From contig JASHUL010000082.1 in the NCBI GenBank assembly GCA_030039995.1, positions 1 to 28,035 on the forward strand: DNA of 28,035 bases. Direction: 5' to 3'. The position numbers were made by a program, and so were the translations under genes. Below are positions 24,276 through 28,035 of this stretch, piece by piece. Each line of letters starts with the position of its first letter. Positions within the stretch are counted from its first letter, which is position 1. Origin of the DNA: Thermoplasmata archaeon (lineage in GTDB: Archaea > Thermoplasmatota > Thermoplasmata > Lutacidiplasmatales > UBA184). The notes under the pieces were generated by a model that did not search any database, was not told where the DNA came from, and was given only the letters and a program-made list of their open reading frames with translations.

Positions 24276-25088
24276 TCACGCGGACGCGAACGCCTCCGCG
24301 ATGCGGCTGTAGACCAGGTTCTTCCCCTTGGCCGGCGGGAGCGTCGGCTGGTCGATGCTCGCGTCCAGCAGCGTCCACGAGCCGTCCGCGCGCACGCCGC
24401 GCGAAGAGATCGCGAGGCGGAAGTGATTCATCGCGCTCAGGGTCGGGGCGTCGCTGATCGCGGGCAGGAGTCCGATCTCCTCCCCGGCGTAGAGCAGCTC
24501 CACCAGTCGATAGAGGAGCTCGTTGCGGTACTGGTTCGTGCTGCCGCGGCAGAGGATCAGGGTGCGTCCCTGCTGGTCCGACAGGAACCGGCTCGCCAAC
24601 GTGTCGACGGCGGCCTTGGTGATCAGCCGGTGGATACCGGTCCCTCGCGGCTCGAGGACGTCCCCGAACGGGCGGACCGGCACGGAGATCGGGTCGATCT
24701 TGCCGGTGGCCTTCGGGAACTTCTTGTCGAAGTCGAGCGTCGCCGACTCCACGTCGACGAACCGAAGCCGACCGTTCCGCATCGCGTCGAAGGGGATCAC
24801 CACCGTGTGGTTCGCGATCGTCGGCCGGTTGTACTCGTCCGCGACCCCCCGGCCGAGGATCGAGAGGAGCACCTCCCGATTCGCCGGGGCCGGGTGGATC
24901 ATGCGGGCGTCGATCACCGTGCCGCCGCCCGCCGTCTTCTCGACCCGCACCGGCGTGAAGTGGTTCTCGAGGTACCGCATGTAGAGCGGGCCGTTCAGCC
25001 CGCGGGACTCCGCCTTGATCCCGTACCCCTTCTCGTGGCTCGCGCCGTAGATCCAGTGCTCCAGCGGGAGCACCGTCTCGTCATTCAT
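24276..25088 (-). CDS. GTPase-associated protein (GAP1-N2-like; possibly DENN-like); 270 aa
   Basis: HWIYGASHEKGYGIKAESRGL and DEYNRPTIANHTVVI resemble my recollection of the GAP1-N-type signature (Y-G...G-Y-G-x-x-A-x-S; D-x-x-x-R...H). It lies between two GTPases and has a strong GGAGGTG Shine-Dalgarno. Confidence 0.65.
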   Translation of the reverse strand: MNDETVLPLEHWIYGASHEKGYGIKAESRGLNGPLYMRYLENHFTPVRVEKTAGGGTVIDARMIHPAPANREVLLSILGRGVADEYNRPTIANHTVVIPFDAMRNGRLRFVDVESATLDFDKKFPKATGKIDPISVPVRPFGDVLEPRGTGIHRLITKAAVDTLASRFLSDQQGRTLILCRGSTNQYRNELLYRLVELLYAGEEIGLLPAISDAPTLSAMNHFRLAISSRGVRADGSWTLLDASIDQPTLPPAKGKNLVYSRIAEAFASA

Positions 25089-25136
25089 CGTGGTCGCACC
25101 TCCCCTCCGTGAGCTCGGTTCGCGCTCGCCCCTTCG

Positions 25137-26162
25137 TTAGGCCGTCGCGGTGGCGGGCGCCGCCGGGGTCTGGAGCGTCGTCTGCTCCACGATCTCGTCG
25201 GGCACCTTGTTCGCGACGTCGCGGAAGTGCTCGATGAACGCGACGTAGTCGTCGTAGGAGAAGTCCGGCTCCGCTCCGCCCTCGGCCGAGAAGCCCTTGC
25301 GGACGATGCGCGGCACCCCGATCGGCTGCATGCCGGCTTCCGCGGTCTCCGTCCGGACCCAGCTGAAGAAGTACGCCGCCTGGTCGAAGTTGACCCCGGC
25401 GACCTTGCCTCCGCGGATCTGCGAGAGCGTCTGGGGCATGAAGACGCGGAGCAGCGCCTCGGCGTACTCCTTGCGCTTGCGCTTTTGCTTGCCGTCCGGG
25501 ACCCCGCGGTGCAGCCCGAGCTTCACCAGGACCTCGTCCCGGATGGAATCGAACTTCGACAGCACGATCGCCGGGTAGATCACCGGGTTGCCGACGCTGA
25601 GCCCCTGCGCCTTCATCCGCGAGAACTCCTGCTTCTTGTACGTCTGGAGCGAGACGAGGAGCGAGGCGACCTCGCTGTCGTACTTCAGCATCTGGCGGAA
25701 GACCGGGGAGTCGATCTCGGTCGTCATCTTGCTGCAGTCGACCAGCGTGACGACGACGTGGCTCTTCAGGAGCTGCTGGATGATCGGACTCGCGGCGACG
25801 CCGGTCTCGATGAACTCCTGGACATCCTCGCCCGAGACATCGAACGCGGCGAACGAGAGCTTGGCGAACGGATTCACCCAGTTCTTGTCCTTCAGGGACG
25901 CCGGGAGCCGGCCCGCCAGGGGCTTTCGGTATCCGAAGACGAAACCGATCTCCGTCATCTCGTCCTTGAGCGTGGCCCCGGGGAATCGGGCGTCCTTCAT
26001 CCCCTCGTAGACCTGGCTCATCAGACGCAACGACTGGAGCGGGGCGTGGAATCGAAACGAATCCGACACCCGAGTTCCGTACTTCACCTGGGCCGCGTAG
26101 AGCAGCCCGAGGAAGGTCGTCTTTCCGCACGCACGGTCACCCAAAATCGCCGCTGGACACAT
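25137..26162 (-). CDS. TRAFAC-type P-loop GTPase (double-GTPase-system-like), predicted active; 341 aa
   Basis: G1 GDRACGKT, G2 Thr in RFPGAT, G3 DVSGE, G4 SKFD. AAGGAG precedes the ATG. Confidence 0.88.
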   Translation of the reverse strand: MCPAAILGDRACGKTTFLGLLYAAQVKYGTRVSDSFRFHAPLQSLRLMSQVYEGMKDARFPGATLKDEMTEIGFVFGYRKPLAGRLPASLKDKNWVNPFAKLSFAAFDVSGEDVQEFIETGVAASPIIQQLLKSHVVVTLVDCSKMTTEIDSPVFRQMLKYDSEVASLLVSLQTYKKQEFSRMKAQGLSVGNPVIYPAIVLSKFDSIRDEVLVKLGLHRGVPDGKQKRKRKEYAEALLRVFMPQTLSQIRGGKVAGVNFDQAAYFFSWVRTETAEAGMQPIGVPRIVRKGFSAEGGAEPDFSYDDYVAFIEHFRDVANKVPDEIVEQTTLQTPAAPATATA

Positions 26163-26186
26163 GGTTCTCTCTCTCCTTGTTGCGTC

Positions 26187-27167
26187 CTACGAGGGCCAAG
26201 AGTCGCTCGACCGCTCTTGTGCGGGGTCGCCCCAGGGCGACGTGCGCGAAGGGGACGAACACTCGCCCCCCGTAGGACCGTGAAGGAAGGCGAACGGGGA
26301 CTCCGCCCCGACGAGAGACTCCTCGGACCCGAGCGGTTGGTCAAAGACCGCGCCCGAACGGGAGGTGTCGGGCTCGTCGCTCGAGCGCCGGCTCGTCTGT
26401 TGGATCTCCCCACCGAGGATGCGGAGCACGCGCTCCGTCCGGGCCAGCCGCGCGTCGAGGGCGCTCAGCTGCGCGCTCAAGGTGTCGAGGGACTCGTCGG
26501 CCTCCGGGTCCGGTTCTCCCCGAGGGGTGGCGGGGGCCATCGGAGGCGGAACGATCCGGTGCAGCTCGGTGATCGTGAGGGTCCGGATGGCGAGCCCCAC
26601 CCCGACAAGGTCCGGAGCCGCCGACGCCTGGACCTCGGCCGCGAGCCGGTCCCAGTCGGGTTCTCCGGAGTCGGTGTTGATGCGCGCGAGCACGGAAGGG
26701 ATCGCTCCCTCCAGCGTTCGAGCGACGAGCGCTCGGACCTCCTCCTCGGACTTTCCGAGAAGATTCTCCGACGCCATCGAAAGGAAGTTCGGCATCGCGG
26801 GGACCTTGGCCTGCGCCTGAGCGCGGACCTCCCAGCCCGACGCCCGGTTCCCCTCGAGCGCATGCATCGACCGGACGGTCACGTCGACCACGACGGGCGC
26901 GAGCGAGAGATAGCCCACCCCGCGGTCCCAGGGGGCGACGAGCACCCGACCGCCGACCACGATCTTCGGCCGGCGGACCGTGACGTCGAACGGCATCACG
27001 GTCGGGTCGGGAGCGGACCGGGGGGCCTTCCGCCCGAACAGCACGAGCGCCCGGTTGGGGGGGACCTGTACGCTGCACCGAGTGTAGGCGACCCAGAATC
27101 CTCCTGCGATCGCGGCCGCGATGCCGCCGGCCTCGGCGAGCTGCCAGGCTAGATCGATGAACGCCAC
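26187..27167 (-). CDS. Flotillin-like SPFH-domain membrane protein with a shortened coiled-coil tail; about 326 aa
   Basis: N-terminal TM, then VPPNRALVLFGR, KIVVGG, ASENLLGKSEEEVRALVARTLEG and AAEVQASAAPDLVGVGLAIRTLTITEL, all matching flotillin SPFH patterns. Start moved to GTG 27167. Confidence 0.85.
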   Translation of the reverse strand: MAFIDLAWQLAEAGGIAAAIAGGFWVAYTRCSVQVPPNRALVLFGRKAPRSAPDPTVMPFDVTVRRPKIVVGGRVLVAPWDRGVGYLSLAPVVVDVTVRSMHALEGNRASGWEVRAQAQAKVPAMPNFLSMASENLLGKSEEEVRALVARTLEGAIPSVLARINTDSGEPDWDRLAAEVQASAAPDLVGVGLAIRTLTITELHRIVPPPMAPATPRGEPDPEADESLDTLSAQLSALDARLARTERVLRILGGEIQQTSRRSSDEPDTSRSGAVFDQPLGSEESLVGAESPFAFLHGPTGGECSSPSRTSPWGDPAQERSSDSWPS

Positions 27168-27337
27168 ATTCTGCCTTGCCACACCCCGGAAGGGACGCCG
27201 TGCGCGGCAAGCGCGCGGCGCTCCTGGTGCCAACGGTCGACCCGGGCGGCGTTAGCAGACGCGGTCTCTTGGTCCGAAAAAAGTCCGAAGTGGAAGAGGC
27301 CGGGTCCGACAGAGTCCCCGCTCATTGGGCCCGTCAT
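27149..27337 (-). CDS. Possible small leader protein of the flotillin-GTPase operon; 62 aa
   Basis: MTGPMSGDSVGPGLFHFGLFSDQETASANAARVDRWHQERRALAAHGVPSGVWQGRMWRSSI*. Purine-rich GGAGGGAAG upstream, a TATTTAT box at about 27418-27412, and a 19-nt overlap with the flotillin start. Confidence 0.35.
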   Translation of the reverse strand: MTGPMSGDSVGPGLFHFGLFSDQETASANAARVDRWHQERRALAAHGVPSGVWQGRMWRSSI

Positions 27338-27696
27338 TCCCGTTCTTCCCTCCTCGGTCGGCTCCCCCTGCGCGGGGGAGCCCGATGCGTTTGATACACA
27401 TTGATGGGGATAAATACCCACCCACCGGTCGAGCGACTCTCCTCGATTTCCACACCGTACCGAGCGCAAATTTTGCCCCGGATTCTCCTCGAAAAGCGAC
27501 GTGAATCCCAAACCCGTCACCACAGTGGGAATACTCCTCCGACGGAGAATCTCTGGTGCCCTTTGCCCCGACCCGCGGCTTGCGTTCCGCGCGACGGCTT
27601 CGCGCTCGCGGGCGGTCGGTGTACTCCCCGGATGCGCACCGATGTTTCGTGATTGGCCCAACTTCGTTTAGTATCCCACGCCGACTGCACGGAGAC

Positions 27697-27975
27697 ATGA
27701 TACTGCCGGGGCTCGTCTCGATCGCGTTCTATCGGCGGCGTCCGAGTGCGCTCCAGATCGGTCTGGGGCTCGTGTTCACCGTCGTGGTCTCCGGACTGCT
27801 CGGGTACGTCCAGGACGCCGGTACTTCTCGAGTCTGGGAGAATGTCACGGTCGCGATCGTGGGAGGCGTCCTTCTCTACGTCGTCGTTCTTCTCGTCCTT
27901 GTCTACTGGTACCTTCCCCGGCGCGCGAAGGCCCGGGAGCCCCCGGCCCCCGCGCCCTCGACGCCGCCGCACTGA
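27697..27975 (+). CDS. Small two-TM membrane protein; 92 aa
   Basis: Helices LQIGLGLVFTVVVSGLLGYV and VTVAIVGGVLLYVVVLLVLVYWYL, then a basic Pro-rich tail. GGAG precedes ATG 27697 and a TTTAGTA box lies about 25 nt upstream. Confidence 0.72.
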   Translation: MILPGLVSIAFYRRRPSALQIGLGLVFTVVVSGLLGYVQDAGTSRVWENVTVAIVGGVLLYVVVLLVLVYWYLPRRAKAREPPAPAPSTPPH

Positions 27976-28035
27976 GACCGTATCAGGGGAAGCGCTCTCA
28001 ACGGAGGCCGCCTACGCCCGCTCAGGTTGGCGGAA

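Noticed and set aside
31-26162. Functional link between the Fic enzyme and the GTPases (some Fic proteins modify small GTPases)
   Set aside because: The genes are more than 22 kb apart, have different codon bias and share no regulatory element, so nothing in the sequence supports the link.
25227-27152. 641-aa plus-strand ORF opposite the GTPase and flotillin genes
   Set aside because: Antisense shadow with no motifs; the minus strand has clear G-motifs and an SPFH domain.
1-28035. CRISPR array, rRNA, transposase, integrase or prophage genes
   Set aside because: No regularly spaced repeats, rRNA-like tracts, DDE or tyrosine-recombinase motifs, or virion genes were recognised.

Overview
This window looks like a GC-rich archaeal chromosome segment, most likely Thermoplasmata/Thermoplasmatota. 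That is an inference from TATA-like boxes about 20-30 nt upstream of many start codons, BRE-TATA motifs, a DUF973-like protein and a thermopsin-type 'VTFTEAGLPPGT' domain. It holds about 27 probable protein-coding genes. I recognise no rRNA, intact tRNA, CRISPR array or transposase. The left ~21.6 kb is a patchwork of mostly stand-alone accessory genes: an auto-inhibited Fic protein, three SAM methyltransferases, two VOC proteins, an HxlR-SRPBCC pair, two paralogous class III adenylate cyclase-TolB-like-TPR proteins, an S53 protease, a beta-propeller and an Ig-repeat surface protein, SemiSWEET and a YcaQ-like glycosylase. The main candidate for an undescribed system is the minus-strand operon at 23297-27337. 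It reads: (possible 62-aa leader ORF), membrane-anchored flotillin/SPFH protein with a truncated coiled coil, intact TRAFAC-type GTPase, GAP1-N2/DENN-like protein, and a catalytically degenerate paralogous pseudo-GTPase. It converges on a 517-aa orphan gene. All family calls come from motifs read by eye; no database search or structure prediction was run. Several start codons were moved from the ORF track using promoter, Shine-Dalgarno or paralog evidence.
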